Shown here in pieces: positions 39,274 through 49,499 of a DNA stretch of 64,000 nt. Under the pieces are notes generated by a model that was not told the origin of the DNA, made no database searches, and saw nothing but the letters and a program-made list of their open reading frames with translations. The number at the start of each line of letters is the position of its first letter. Position 1 is the stretch's first letter. The translations under genes and the position numbers were made by a program. Origin of the DNA: Longimicrobiales bacterium (GTDB lineage Bacteria; Gemmatimonadota; Gemmatimonadetes; Longimicrobiales; Gaopeijiaceae); assembly GCA_965226375.1 (NCBI GenBank), contig CBDDCX010000008.1, positions 256,001 to 320,000 on the forward strand, written 5' to 3'.

Positions 39274-40761
39274 CTAGACCGCCCGGGGCCGCCTCGTCGC
39301 CGGTCGTCCGCTCCCGGGCTGACCCGTAACCCGACCGTCTTCGTAGACCACTTCACCTCGCCGAATCGTGATGATGGGCCAGCCTGTGACCGTCCAACGT
39401 TCGAAGGGTGTGTAGTCCGAGCGTGAGGGATCGTCGTCCGCACTGGCGGTGCGCTCGAGGTTGGGGTCCAGGACCACGACGTCCGCCAACGAGCCCTCCC
39501 GCACCGCACCCCGCTCCGGGAAGAGCCCGAACGTTCGGGCCGCCGCGGTAGACGTTACCTCGACGAATCGCTGCTCAGAGATCCGCCCTCGGTTGACGCC
39601 CTCCGAGAAGAGTAGTGGAAGCATGAAGCGCAGATCGCTGACGCCGGGGCGCAGCCGGCCTACGTTCAGCTCCGGGTCCATCTTCTGAGCCCTTGTCCAG
39701 GGTGCATGATCCGTTGCGAGGAAGTCGATTCGCCCGTCGACCAGTCCTAGCCACATGGCGTCTACGTCCGACGCAGAGCGCAGCGGTGGCTGACCGATGT
39801 AGAGTGGCCCGTCGTCGTCCAGGAACCTCTCTTGGTTGAAGTAGAGATATAGGGGTCGGGTCTCTATCGTGAGCGGAAGGCCTCGTGAGCGGGGTGTGCG
39901 TGCGACGTCTAGGGCGCCCTGCGAAGAGAGGTGTACGAAGTGCATGGGCGCCTGGGTGAACTCGCAGAGGGCTACCGCGTCCTGGGTGGCAGCCACTTCG
40001 GCGATCACGGGCCGGCTCTCTGCGAAGTGGCGGAGCGAGGTGCGGCCCTCCGCTCTGAGGCGCTCCAGGACCGCGGCCAGCATCGCCCCGTCCTCGCAGT
40101 GCATGAGCGTGACCACTCCGGCGTCCCTGGCCGCCTCCAACAGGTCGATGAGCGCACTTCGGCTCGTCCCAAAGTCCCGCCGTGTCATGAAGATCTTATG
40201 GCTGGGCTGACCCCGCGCCGCCAGTTCGGGCATCAACTCGGCGAACTCGGGTGTGGGCGGCCAGGTGGAGGCGTGGAAGAAGACGTCCCCTATGGCGCTC
40301 CGGCTCACCTCGCCGAGCCAGCGGTCCATGGCTTCAACCGCGTTCTCACCGTTCTGGGGGTATGCGAACGTGCCCACGGTCGTGATGCCGCCTGCCACAG
40401 CCGCCGAGGTTCCCGTGGTCAGGTCGTCGACGAAGGAGCCTTGCAGATGAGTGTGGGGATCGATGCCGCCCGGGATCACCAGTCGACCGGTCGCATCGAT
40501 GATCCTGGCTTCCGCCCCGGCCGTCAGGCCGGGTCCGACCTCAGCGATCGTATTGCCGAGGATGCGGACATCGGTGGACTGGCTGGTGGCGTCCGCGTTC
40601 ACCACGCGGCCGCCGCGGATGAGAATCTCGCCGGCTTCCTGTTCCGGGGCGCGGCCCGTGTCCGAGGCATCCGAGGGCAGATGTGCGCCATCACCACGGC
40701 CTCCGGCGGCGAGCCCGAGGGCTGTGGCTCCCATGGTTTGCAGTGCCTGGCGGCGGTTCAT
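39274..40761 (-). CDS. dihydropyrimidinase/hydantoinase-like amidohydrolase with a Tat signal
   Basis: MNRRQAL; PGGIDPHTH, HKIFM, MHCE, VHLSS, ATDHAP. Confidence 0.88.
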   Translation of the reverse strand: MNRRQALQTMGATALGLAAGGRGDGAHLPSDASDTGRAPEQEAGEILIRGGRVVNADATSQSTDVRILGNTIAEVGPGLTAGAEARIIDATGRLVIPGGIDPHTHLQGSFVDDLTTGTSAAVAGGITTVGTFAYPQNGENAVEAMDRWLGEVSRSAIGDVFFHASTWPPTPEFAELMPELAARGQPSHKIFMTRRDFGTSRSALIDLLEAARDAGVVTLMHCEDGAMLAAVLERLRAEGRTSLRHFAESRPVIAEVAATQDAVALCEFTQAPMHFVHLSSQGALDVARTPRSRGLPLTIETRPLYLYFNQERFLDDDGPLYIGQPPLRSASDVDAMWLGLVDGRIDFLATDHAPWTRAQKMDPELNVGRLRPGVSDLRFMLPLLFSEGVNRGRISEQRFVEVTSTAAARTFGLFPERGAVREGSLADVVVLDPNLERTASADDDPSRSDYTPFERWTVTGWPIITIRRGEVVYEDGRVTGQPGSGRPATRRPRAV

Positions 40762-40897
40762 GCTCGGGTCCGTTGTATTCACGCGGATCCTCCAATCTGG
40801 TCCCCGAGTGTACCAGCATGACAAGAGCCCGGCGAGGTCGTTCACCTCGTCGGGCTTCTCGTCTTATACCGGTCGCGCTCGACCAGGGGGCTTCAGG

Positions 40898-41170
40898 TCA
40901 GCCCGCTGCCTCTGCCGGATCACTCTGAGTCCATCCCATAGCCACGCACACGTCGGCCGGAGTCACGCCCATGTCCCCGAAGCGGCGAGCGATGCGCTCG
41001 GCCATCTCTCCGTGGACATCCCCCGAGGGGGGTGCCTTTCGGGCCACGATCCGTGCTCCGCGGGACTCGAACACCAGGGTGTCTCCCTCGCTCAATCCGA
41101 GACGGTCCCGGAGTTCCTCTGGCAGCGTCAGCCGCCCCTTCTCGTCGATGTTTGCCGAAAACTGCACCAT
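40898..41170 (-). CDS. AbrB/MazE/SpoVT-family DNA-binding protein
   Basis: IDEKGRLTLPEELRDRLGLSEGDTLVF. Confidence 0.8.
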   Translation of the reverse strand: MVQFSANIDEKGRLTLPEELRDRLGLSEGDTLVFESRGARIVARKAPPSGDVHGEMAERIARRFGDMGVTPADVCVAMGWTQSDPAEAAG

Positions 41171-41405
41171 ATATCTACCCCTCGTCTTCCTCATCCGGTC
41201 TTCATTTCACTCTTATTCCTACGTTCAGCCATGGAGAAAGATTCCCCACGCTCTGTCTCACATGCTTAGATACGAGGTCCCGTTGATCGGCTTACGCCGG
41301 GGATCCGCTTCTCCCTTGGCCTCTTCGGCGCGAACTGATAGGGTGTCTCGGTCGATGTGTTTCGAAGTCGCCGCCGCCGGGGGTGGGCACTCACAGGAGG
41401 GATGG

Positions 41406-43022
41406 ATGGGGGAGAGATCCATGGGCGCGCGGGTCGCGCTGATCCTCTGCTTGTCTTGGCTCGGGGAGGGTTGCGCCACGCCCGGAGGCCTCGGCTCTCC
41501 ATCCCCGGGTCCCGGGGTCGACGTGGTGGAGCTCACGGCCGAGCAGATCCAGGCCGGTCTCGCGGCCGGTGACTTCACGTCGGTGGACCTCACCCGCGCG
41601 TTCCTCGAGCGCATCGCCTTGTATGAGGATCGATACAACGCGCTTATCTCGATCAATCCCGACGCCCTGGCCATCGCCGACGCCCTGGACAAGGAGTACC
41701 GGGCCACCGGGCCCCGCGGACCGCTCCATGGGGTGCCCGTGGTTATCAAGGACAACCTCGACTACGGCGGGCTCGTTACGACAGCCGGTTTTTCCGGATT
41801 CAGCGCCGCAACGGGTGGGGTAGACATGATTCCCGGGGACGATGCCGCGGTGGTGGAGCGGCTGCGTGCAGCCGGCACGATCGTTCTCGGCAAGACGAAC
41901 ATGCCGGATTTTGCCGGACACGGGACACGCACGAACAGCTCGGCGGCCGGGGTCACCCTGAACCCGTACAACGTGGACAAAGCCCCCGGTGGATCGAGCG
42001 GTGGCACCGCGACCGCCGTCAATGCCAGCTTCGCGGTCCTGGGTCTGGGGACGGAGACCGGCGGCTCGATCCAGAATCCCGCGGCGGCTCAGGCCCTGGT
42101 GGGGGTCAAGCCGACGTTCGGCTTGGTGCCACTCGAAGGTGTCGTGCCCATCAATGCCACCTACATCGATGTCGTCGGGCCACTGGCAAAGACCGTCTAC
42201 GACGCAGCGGTCACGCTCGACGTGCTGGCCGGGCCGACCACAGAGGACCTCGCCACGTACTCAGCCGTCGAGCACATCCCGGAGGAGGGGTACGCGGCGG
42301 CCCTGAGCACCAACGCCTTGGAGGGCAAGCGCTTCGGACTGGTGGGGTCGGGGTGGCGTGAGGAGTTTCTTCCGCTCGCGCCGGAGACCGAGGACATGTA
42401 CCGGCGCGCGATCGACGTCCTGGTAGGCGAAGGCGCCCGGGTGGTGGATGACCCATTTCGGGGCCGTGAGTTCATCGCGCTGTACGGTGAACGCCCCCGG
42501 GTGTCCGTGGGTGCTCACGATATGCTCGTGTACTTGCAGGGGCTTGGTGACGATGCGGCGTTCCACAGTGTTGAAGAGTGGGAGGCGCTGACCGGAGAGG
42601 AGTTCCGGGGCGGGAGGGTGAATCGACCGCCGGTCCGGCCCAGCGCAACGGAGGCGGGGGACGCGTATCAGGCTTGGCGTCAGCAGATTCGGAATCGGTT
42701 CCGTGAGGTGCTCGATGAGTTCGAGCTCGACGGGTTGTTCTTCCCGCAGGCCGGATCCCCCATCCGAGACCTCGTGGAGGACCCCGAGCGCCCGGATTTC
42801 AATCCGAACAACCATCCCGAGCTTCCCAGCAACATCATCAACCAGATCGGCGTGCCGGTCGTGACGGTGCCCTTCGACTACTACGACGACGGAACGCCGT
42901 TTGTCATCGCCTTTATCGGGGACACTTGGACCGAGGCGGAACTGCTGGGCTATGCGTACGACTTCGAGCAGGCTACCAAGGCGCGGATCCCGCCGACATT
43001 GACCACGGACGCGGGGCGCTGA
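41406..43022 (+). CDS. amidase-signature family lipoprotein
   Basis: GPLHGVPVVIKDN, GKTNMPD, GGSSGG, GTETGGSIQNPA. Confidence 0.92.
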   Translation: MGERSMGARVALILCLSWLGEGCATPGGLGSPSPGPGVDVVELTAEQIQAGLAAGDFTSVDLTRAFLERIALYEDRYNALISINPDALAIADALDKEYRATGPRGPLHGVPVVIKDNLDYGGLVTTAGFSGFSAATGGVDMIPGDDAAVVERLRAAGTIVLGKTNMPDFAGHGTRTNSSAAGVTLNPYNVDKAPGGSSGGTATAVNASFAVLGLGTETGGSIQNPAAAQALVGVKPTFGLVPLEGVVPINATYIDVVGPLAKTVYDAAVTLDVLAGPTTEDLATYSAVEHIPEEGYAAALSTNALEGKRFGLVGSGWREEFLPLAPETEDMYRRAIDVLVGEGARVVDDPFRGREFIALYGERPRVSVGAHDMLVYLQGLGDDAAFHSVEEWEALTGEEFRGGRVNRPPVRPSATEAGDAYQAWRQQIRNRFREVLDEFELDGLFFPQAGSPIRDLVEDPERPDFNPNNHPELPSNIINQIGVPVVTVPFDYYDDGTPFVIAFIGDTWTEAELLGYAYDFEQATKARIPPTLTTDAGR

Positions 43023-43189
43023 TTGGCCTGGGTACCCTGCAAGGGGCGTACCGCAGCCGTCGGCAAACTCTTCGCTGTCGACCCCACCTTGTGGTTGCGC
43101 GCGACCCGACCGCATTTTGCTGGGCCATGTTCGATCGGACACCCGCCTGACCAAGTTCTTTGAAGATCTCTACCCATCCAGGAGTGATC

Positions 43190-44608
43190 ATGCGCCAGCG
43201 CATACTGCCGGTTGTCTACACGCTCACCTTGGCGGCCGCGGCCGTCGGCCTCATGGCGTCCAGTGCGCCGGCGCAGGTGACGTGCTTTGGCGACCCGACC
43301 TGCATCCAGCCGGAGACGGGGTATCCCGTGGGCCGGCCGGGCACGCCGAACATCGAGGTCGTATCACACCAGCCCTTGCCTGGCGTGATTTTCAGCCACG
43401 CCGACATCGAGATCGAGCAGGAGATGGATCGGCCGTTCGCCTACATCGCCCAGCGCTTCGGGGCGTCGGGCTTTTATGCCATCAGCCTCGAAGATGAGGC
43501 GAATCCAGAGGTTCTTTACCGCTACATCGTCGACGACCCGGACCTCCACCTCGGCACCGGATGTGTGGACATCAAATATGCTAAGGCCGAGGGCCGCTAC
43601 TACGTGATCGTCTCCTGCCAGTTCGGACAGGGTGGGCCGGACTTCGATCTGGGCGCGATGATCTTCGACGTGACCGGACTACCCGATGCCTCGACCGTGC
43701 GCAAGGTCGCGGAGCTCAGGCTTCCGGACCTGCCGGGGGGCTTCCACAACGTCTACACGTACAGGCATTCCAACGGGCGGTCCCTGCTGTTGGCGACCAC
43801 GCAGTCCAAGGACGCGTTCATCTACGACATCGCCCAGCTCGCGGCCGGGAACCTGGATCCGGTCTCGGCCATCTCCGTTCCTCAGCCCTCCGAGTCGCGT
43901 AGCCGCCAGTGGCACGACATGTACGTAGGGTTCCTTCCCGATGCCGGGCAGGACCGCTTCTACGGGGCAGGTACCGGGGGCTTCCATGTCTTCGACCTGA
44001 CGGACGTGGAAAATCCCCGGCTTCTGACCTCCGTCACGGGCGTCCCCGGGGTCGAGAACGGACATACCTTCACCCCCACGCCGGACGGGCGGTACGGACT
44101 CGGCATGCCCGAGCCCACCTACCAGCACTCTCCGGTCCGGTTCTTCGACCTACGACCGGAGGGCTCCGAGGGGCAGACTCCGAACATCGTGAGAGGGTCC
44201 GGCGTCGGAGCCTGGATCGCCAAGTTCGGAGGCTCGACCCACAACCATGAGATACGTTGGCCCTACGTGTTCATCTCGGCACAGGACGACGGACTGCAGA
44301 TCGTGAACATGGCCGATCCCACGCACCCCTACACGGTCGGTTACTACAACACACGTATCGGTCCCATGCTCTACGGGGACGGTCAGCGCCCGAGCCAGGC
44401 CACCACCGGCAACATCTACGACGGTGCCTGGGGCATCGATATTCGGGACGCGGACGGACTCATCGTGGTGAGCGACTTCAACACGGGGTTCTGGGCGTTC
44501 AGGCTGGACGGCTTCCAGGGCTGGAACGGCAACGACTGGAACATGCCCAACATTTCGAGCGCGCAGAACTGGGATCAGAGCCCGGATCAGCCGCAAGCGA
44601 TCAGGTAG
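43190..44608 (+). CDS. LVIVD-repeat-like secreted beta-propeller, paralog 1
   Basis: Signal peptide; GGFHN, WHD, GHT and HNHE motifs; AWGID; repeated strand pattern. Confidence 0.82.
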   Translation: MRQRILPVVYTLTLAAAAVGLMASSAPAQVTCFGDPTCIQPETGYPVGRPGTPNIEVVSHQPLPGVIFSHADIEIEQEMDRPFAYIAQRFGASGFYAISLEDEANPEVLYRYIVDDPDLHLGTGCVDIKYAKAEGRYYVIVSCQFGQGGPDFDLGAMIFDVTGLPDASTVRKVAELRLPDLPGGFHNVYTYRHSNGRSLLLATTQSKDAFIYDIAQLAAGNLDPVSAISVPQPSESRSRQWHDMYVGFLPDAGQDRFYGAGTGGFHVFDLTDVENPRLLTSVTGVPGVENGHTFTPTPDGRYGLGMPEPTYQHSPVRFFDLRPEGSEGQTPNIVRGSGVGAWIAKFGGSTHNHEIRWPYVFISAQDDGLQIVNMADPTHPYTVGYYNTRIGPMLYGDGQRPSQATTGNIYDGAWGIDIRDADGLIVVSDFNTGFWAFRLDGFQGWNGNDWNMPNISSAQNWDQSPDQPQAIR

Positions 44609-44616
44609 GGGGGATC

Positions 44617-46095
44617 ATGCACAAGCCAATTCTGTGGCCCCAGCCAATCTTGTCAGTCCGACCCTTTCTGTCGGTCCGGCCAAACCTGGCGGCTTTATTC
44701 GGACTTACCCTGGCCGCTCTGACGGTCGGCCTGACCTCTTCCTCCGCCTCGGCCCAGGTCATGTGCTTCGGCGATCCGACGTGTGTACAGCCCGAGACGG
44801 GCTATGCGGTCGGCCAGCCCGGTACACCCAACATCGAGGTCGTCTCACACGTGCCTCTGCCCGGGCAGCGCTTCAGCCACGCCGACATCGAGATCGAGCA
44901 GGAGATGGACCGACCCTTTGCGTACATCGCGCAGCGTCACGGCGCCTCGGGCTTCTATGCGATCAGCCTCGAGGACCCGGAGCATCCCAGGGTACTGTAC
45001 CGGTACATCGTCGACGACCCCGATCTCCACCTCGGTAGCGGATGCGTGGACATCAAGTATGCCAAGGCCGCCGGCCGGTACTACGTGATCGTGTCCTGCG
45101 AGTTCAGCCAGGCGGGGCCGGACAGCGACCTGGGTGCGATGGTCTTCGATGTGACGGGGCTGCCCGACGGATCGACCGTGCGCAAGGTTGCGGATCTACG
45201 AAATCCTCTCATGCCGGGAGGCTTCCACAACATCTTCACGTACCGGCACTCCAATGGCCGGTCGCTGTTGGTTGCGACCACCAAGGAGGAGGACGCGTGG
45301 GTATACGATCTCGAGCAGGTCGCCGCCGGTATCACCGAGCCCGTCTCGGCGATCTCCGTCCCCAATCCGACCGCGACCAACTACCAGACGTGGCACGACA
45401 TGTACCTCGGTTTCCTGCCCGATGCCGGTCAGGATCGCTTCTACGGGGCCGGAGGCGGGGGTTTCCACGTCTACGACGTCACGGACCTCGAAAATCCGAG
45501 GCTCATTACGTCCGTCACGGGCATTCCGGGCGTCTCGGACGGCCACACCTTCACGCCGACGCCCGACGGGCGTTATGCGATCGGCATGCCCGTTCCGACC
45601 TACCAGCACTCGCCGATCCGCTTCTTCGACCTGCGACCCGAAGGGTCGGAGGGCCAGACTCCTAACATCGTGAGAGGCTCCGGGGTCGGAGCCTGGATCG
45701 CGAAGTTCGGAGGGGCGACTCACAACCACGAGATCCGCTGGCCGTACGTCTTCGTCTCGGCGCAGGATGACGGGCTCCAGATCATCAACATGGCAGATCC
45801 CTCGCGGCCCTTCACGGTCGGCTACTACCACACACGGGGGACCCCGGCGCTCTTCGCGGGAGAGGGTGCCTTGAACGCGGGTACCGCAACCACCGGCAAC
45901 ATCTACAATGGCGCCTGGGGCGTGGACATCCGGAATGCGGATGGCCTCATCGTGGTGAGCGACTTCAACACCGGTTTCTGGGCGTTCCGGCTGGAGGGTT
46001 TCCAGGGCTGGAATGGCAACGACTGGAACATGCCGAACATCTCGAGCGCGCAAAACTGGGATCAGAGTCCGGATCAGCCGCAGCAGATCCGGTAG
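44617..46095 (+). CDS. LVIVD-repeat-like secreted beta-propeller, paralog 2
   Basis: Collinear with and highly similar to 43190-44608. Confidence 0.82.
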   Translation: MHKPILWPQPILSVRPFLSVRPNLAALFGLTLAALTVGLTSSSASAQVMCFGDPTCVQPETGYAVGQPGTPNIEVVSHVPLPGQRFSHADIEIEQEMDRPFAYIAQRHGASGFYAISLEDPEHPRVLYRYIVDDPDLHLGSGCVDIKYAKAAGRYYVIVSCEFSQAGPDSDLGAMVFDVTGLPDGSTVRKVADLRNPLMPGGFHNIFTYRHSNGRSLLVATTKEEDAWVYDLEQVAAGITEPVSAISVPNPTATNYQTWHDMYLGFLPDAGQDRFYGAGGGGFHVYDVTDLENPRLITSVTGIPGVSDGHTFTPTPDGRYAIGMPVPTYQHSPIRFFDLRPEGSEGQTPNIVRGSGVGAWIAKFGGATHNHEIRWPYVFVSAQDDGLQIINMADPSRPFTVGYYHTRGTPALFAGEGALNAGTATTGNIYNGAWGVDIRNADGLIVVSDFNTGFWAFRLEGFQGWNGNDWNMPNISSAQNWDQSPDQPQQIR

Positions 46096-46135
46096 GGGAG
46101 ACCGACCAGGAAGCATCGACCAGGAGGGATCGACT

Positions 46136-47836
46136 ATGACGACACTCGCTGATCGGCTGCGGCGCAGGTCTGCGTCGGGGTGCACCTGGATCCTCGTCCC
46201 GGCGGCGGTCTTGGCCCTCTCGGCGTGCGATGCGTCGGCACCCCCACCGGACACCATCTTCACCGGCCGATTCATCACCCTCGACGACGCCCAGCCCGAA
46301 GTCGATGCGCTGGCCGTTGCCGACGGACGGATCGTGGCGGCAGGCTCGCGGGCGGACATCGAGGCGCTTGCCGGAGAAAACACACAGACCGTGGCGATCG
46401 GCGGTGTGGCCGTTCCCGGCTTCGCCGACTCTCACGTCCACGTGTCGGGTGTGGGCAGGCTTCTGGAGCGGCTCAACGTCCGGGCCATGACCAAGGAGCA
46501 GATCGTCGAGTTGGTGGCCGAAGCGGTCGGCTCGACTCCACCGGGTCAGTGGATCTTCGGGCGCGGGTGGGACGAGGGGTTCTTCCGGCCGGCCGTATTC
46601 CCCACGGCGAGGGACCTGGATGCCGTGAGTCCGAACAACCCGGTGATGCTCACCCGGATCGACGGTCACGCGAGCTGGGTCAACTCTCAGGTGCTGGGGC
46701 TGTCGGATATCACAGTAGCCACCGTGGATCCCGAAGGAGGGCGGGTCGTGCGAGACGCGTCGAATCGGCCCACCGGGATTCTGGTGGACAACGCCCAGAG
46801 CCTGATGGATCGTGTCACGCCCAACAGCGACTCGCCTGACGCGGCCGAGCAGCGCATCCGTACGGCCATGGAGCAGTACACCCGGTGGGGTCTCACCAGC
46901 ATCCACGACGCGGGTGCGGGCTTGGAGGCGATCGCGATCTACAAGAAGCTTCTCGCGGCGGGTGAGCTTCCGGTGCGGGTGTATGCCATGGCACGCGGTG
47001 ATGCGGCGGTAGAGGAGTATCTGGTGCGGGGGCCGGAGGTGCTGGGCGACGGCAAGCTCGTGGTCCGGGGGTTCAAGGTGATTCTCGACGGAGCGCTGGG
47101 GTCTCGGGGGGCCGAACTCGATGAGCCCTACTCGGACGCGCCGGAGGAGATCGGTCTCGAGCAGATGAGCGATGAGGCTCTCGACGACCTGATCCGAAGG
47201 GCCCGGGAGGCCGGCTTTCAGGTGAACCCCCATGTCATCGGTGATCGAGCGGTCCGGCGGGCCCTCGACGCGTTCGAGCGCGCGGGCGTCGAGCCCGGTG
47301 AGCGCCACCGGCTGGAGCACGCCTCGATCATCGCGCCCGACGATCTGCCTCGCCTGGCACAGATGGGTATTGTGGCCTCGATGCAACCGGTGTTCGTCGG
47401 GGAGTACGGGCGCTGGGCCGAGGACCGTCTAGGGTCGACACGTGTGCTCTGGGTGCTTCCTATCAAGGACCTTCTGGCCACCGGTGCGGTCTTGGCCTCG
47501 GGGACCGACTTTCCAGCCTCGGACTCGGGGGATCCCCGTGCGACGCTTGCCGGGCTGGTGGCGCGGCAGAGCTCCGAGGGAGTCCCGGAGGAGGGATGGT
47601 ACCCGGATCAGGCGGTCGACGTGGAGACCGCCCTCTGGTCGATGAGCGCCGGGCCGGCGTACGCCACGTTCCAGGAGGATGACCTGGGGCAGCTTACGGT
47701 GGGGCGTTTCGCCGACTTCACGGTCCTGTCGGACGATCCGCGGAGCGTCGCGTCGGGAGCGCTGCTCGACCTGACGGTTCGTATGACTGTTCTGGGCGGC
47801 GACGTAACGTTCGACCTCGATGCCGAGGGCCGCTGA
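46136..47836 (+). CDS. amidohydrolase 3 (YtcJ-like) lipoprotein
   Basis: PGFADSHVH, RIDGHASW, DGALGSRGA, HVIGD, RLEHAS, GTDFP. Confidence 0.9.
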   Translation: MTTLADRLRRRSASGCTWILVPAAVLALSACDASAPPPDTIFTGRFITLDDAQPEVDALAVADGRIVAAGSRADIEALAGENTQTVAIGGVAVPGFADSHVHVSGVGRLLERLNVRAMTKEQIVELVAEAVGSTPPGQWIFGRGWDEGFFRPAVFPTARDLDAVSPNNPVMLTRIDGHASWVNSQVLGLSDITVATVDPEGGRVVRDASNRPTGILVDNAQSLMDRVTPNSDSPDAAEQRIRTAMEQYTRWGLTSIHDAGAGLEAIAIYKKLLAAGELPVRVYAMARGDAAVEEYLVRGPEVLGDGKLVVRGFKVILDGALGSRGAELDEPYSDAPEEIGLEQMSDEALDDLIRRAREAGFQVNPHVIGDRAVRRALDAFERAGVEPGERHRLEHASIIAPDDLPRLAQMGIVASMQPVFVGEYGRWAEDRLGSTRVLWVLPIKDLLATGAVLASGTDFPASDSGDPRATLAGLVARQSSEGVPEEGWYPDQAVDVETALWSMSAGPAYATFQEDDLGQLTVGRFADFTVLSDDPRSVASGALLDLTVRMTVLGGDVTFDLDAEGR

Positions 47837-48092
47837 CGATCCGATCCGCTAGCGCTGATCTGCGATGAAGGCCAGGCGGCGGTTGATCTCGTCCACGACC
47901 CGCTGCGTCAGCCATCTCTTGGGGACAATGGACGGGACTCCCTCTTGGGTCTCGGATCGTCGAGCGGTCGTCATTCAGGACGTCGGCTGCGGGTAGGCAC
48001 GTCGAGCTTCACGGGGGGGTTGGCTATTGGACTCTAGGGACATGGACCGCCAAGCCACTTGTTCAAGTTCGGGCTCTCCCTGAGGTTGCGGC

Positions 48093-49328
48093 ATGCGTAT
48101 TGGTGGTTTCGCCGCAGTTTCCCTCGGCCTGTGCATCCTCAGCCTTCCCGGTGTGGACGAGCTGTGTGCCCTGCAGATCACAGAGGGCCAGATGCCGACG
48201 GCGGAGAACGACTCGCTCCCTCCACTCGTGGGCCACGGGCCCGGCGGCTTCTTCATACGGTCTCCGGACGATCGGTGGCGGGTGGCCTTCCAGTTCCGGC
48301 TCCAGTTCCGCCTGTCGCACCCCTGGAATTCGGATCCGGTAACCCGAGACGACTACCTGAGTGAGGCCGAGACCAGTCTGTCGGTGAATCGGGCCAGGCT
48401 GAAGGTGGGAGGACACGGGTACCGACCCTGGCTCAACTACTACTTCGAGTATGAGCTGGCTTCTTCGAAGTTGCTGAACTTCGAAGTGACCCTGGAGAAG
48501 TACGAGCAAGTCCGACTGCGCGTCGGGCAGTGGAAGGCACAGTACAGCCGGGAGCGGATCATCTCATCGGGCAGGCAGCAGTTGGTGGACCGCTCCCTGA
48601 TCAACCGCTACTTCACGCTGGATCGTCAGCAGGGGATGTCGCTTTGGGGCCGCTTGGGGGCCGGGAGCGCGGCCGACTTCAGTTATTGGCTGTCGGCCTT
48701 CAATGGCATGGGGCGAGGTGCGGATGCCAACGACGACGGCCATCTCATGTACATGGGACGGGTTCAATGGAACGCCCTCGGGCGGGTGGTCCCGTTCGCG
48801 GGGTCTGATCTGGCCACGACTCAGCGACCTGCATTCGCGCTGGCCCTGGGCGGTGCCACCAATCGTAGCTCCTGCACACGGTTTTCAACGGCCGGATGTG
48901 GCAGTTTGGGGGGATTCGAGGACGGAGCGCCCGGGCAGTTTCGGGTGAACCAGGCCATCGGCGAATCGGCATTTCTGTGGCGGGGACTGTCGTGGGCCCA
49001 CGAATCGCACTGGAAAAGGATCGATGATCTAGGGGATGGGTCCCAGACCACCATGGCGGGCCACTACGCCCAGCTCGGCTACTTCTTTGGAGAGATGTGG
49101 GAATGGGTACCACCGTCGCTCGAAGTGGCGTTTCGATATGCTGTGTTCCGCCCGGACGTAGACGAGTCCAAAAACCGGCATGATGAGTTCACAACTGCTG
49201 TGAACTGGTTCTTTCAGGGCCACAACAACAAGCTTACCGCCGACCTTTCCTGGCTGAGGCTTCAGGACAATGTGACCAGTCAGGAGGACGGCGTGCGATT
49301 CCGCCTACAGTGGGACATTCAGTTCTGA
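48093..49328 (+). CDS. OprO/OprP-like phosphate-selective porin
   Basis: NRARLKVGG, GQWKAQYSRE, NWFFQGHNNK; C-terminal Phe. Confidence 0.82.
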   Translation: MRIGGFAAVSLGLCILSLPGVDELCALQITEGQMPTAENDSLPPLVGHGPGGFFIRSPDDRWRVAFQFRLQFRLSHPWNSDPVTRDDYLSEAETSLSVNRARLKVGGHGYRPWLNYYFEYELASSKLLNFEVTLEKYEQVRLRVGQWKAQYSRERIISSGRQQLVDRSLINRYFTLDRQQGMSLWGRLGAGSAADFSYWLSAFNGMGRGADANDDGHLMYMGRVQWNALGRVVPFAGSDLATTQRPAFALALGGATNRSSCTRFSTAGCGSLGGFEDGAPGQFRVNQAIGESAFLWRGLSWAHESHWKRIDDLGDGSQTTMAGHYAQLGYFFGEMWEWVPPSLEVAFRYAVFRPDVDESKNRHDEFTTAVNWFFQGHNNKLTADLSWLRLQDNVTSQEDGVRFRLQWDIQF

Positions 49329-49499
49329 CGGTCAGTTTGCCCGTCGGGTCGTTTTTCGGGTGCACAAGCTTTTCTGAAGATCAGCATTGGCGGAGAGCGG
49401 TCGGAGATGCCCCCCGCCAAGAATCCTCCTATACTGATCGTCCCGTCGCTCTGGAGTCGAAGTGCTTCCGGTCTCAGGCCGAACCAAGCGAGGTGCACC

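Noticed and set aside
43190..46095. Diversity-generating retroelement template and variable repeat pair
   Set aside because: Differences are not adenine-specific, both copies are full genes, and no reverse transcriptase is present
46101..46135. Short repeat cgaccagga, twice
   Set aside because: Too short; not CRISPR-like and it overlaps the RBS of the next gene
48000..48092. Pho box upstream of the phosphate-type porin
   Set aside because: No clear 11-bp-period CTGTCAT-like repeat seen
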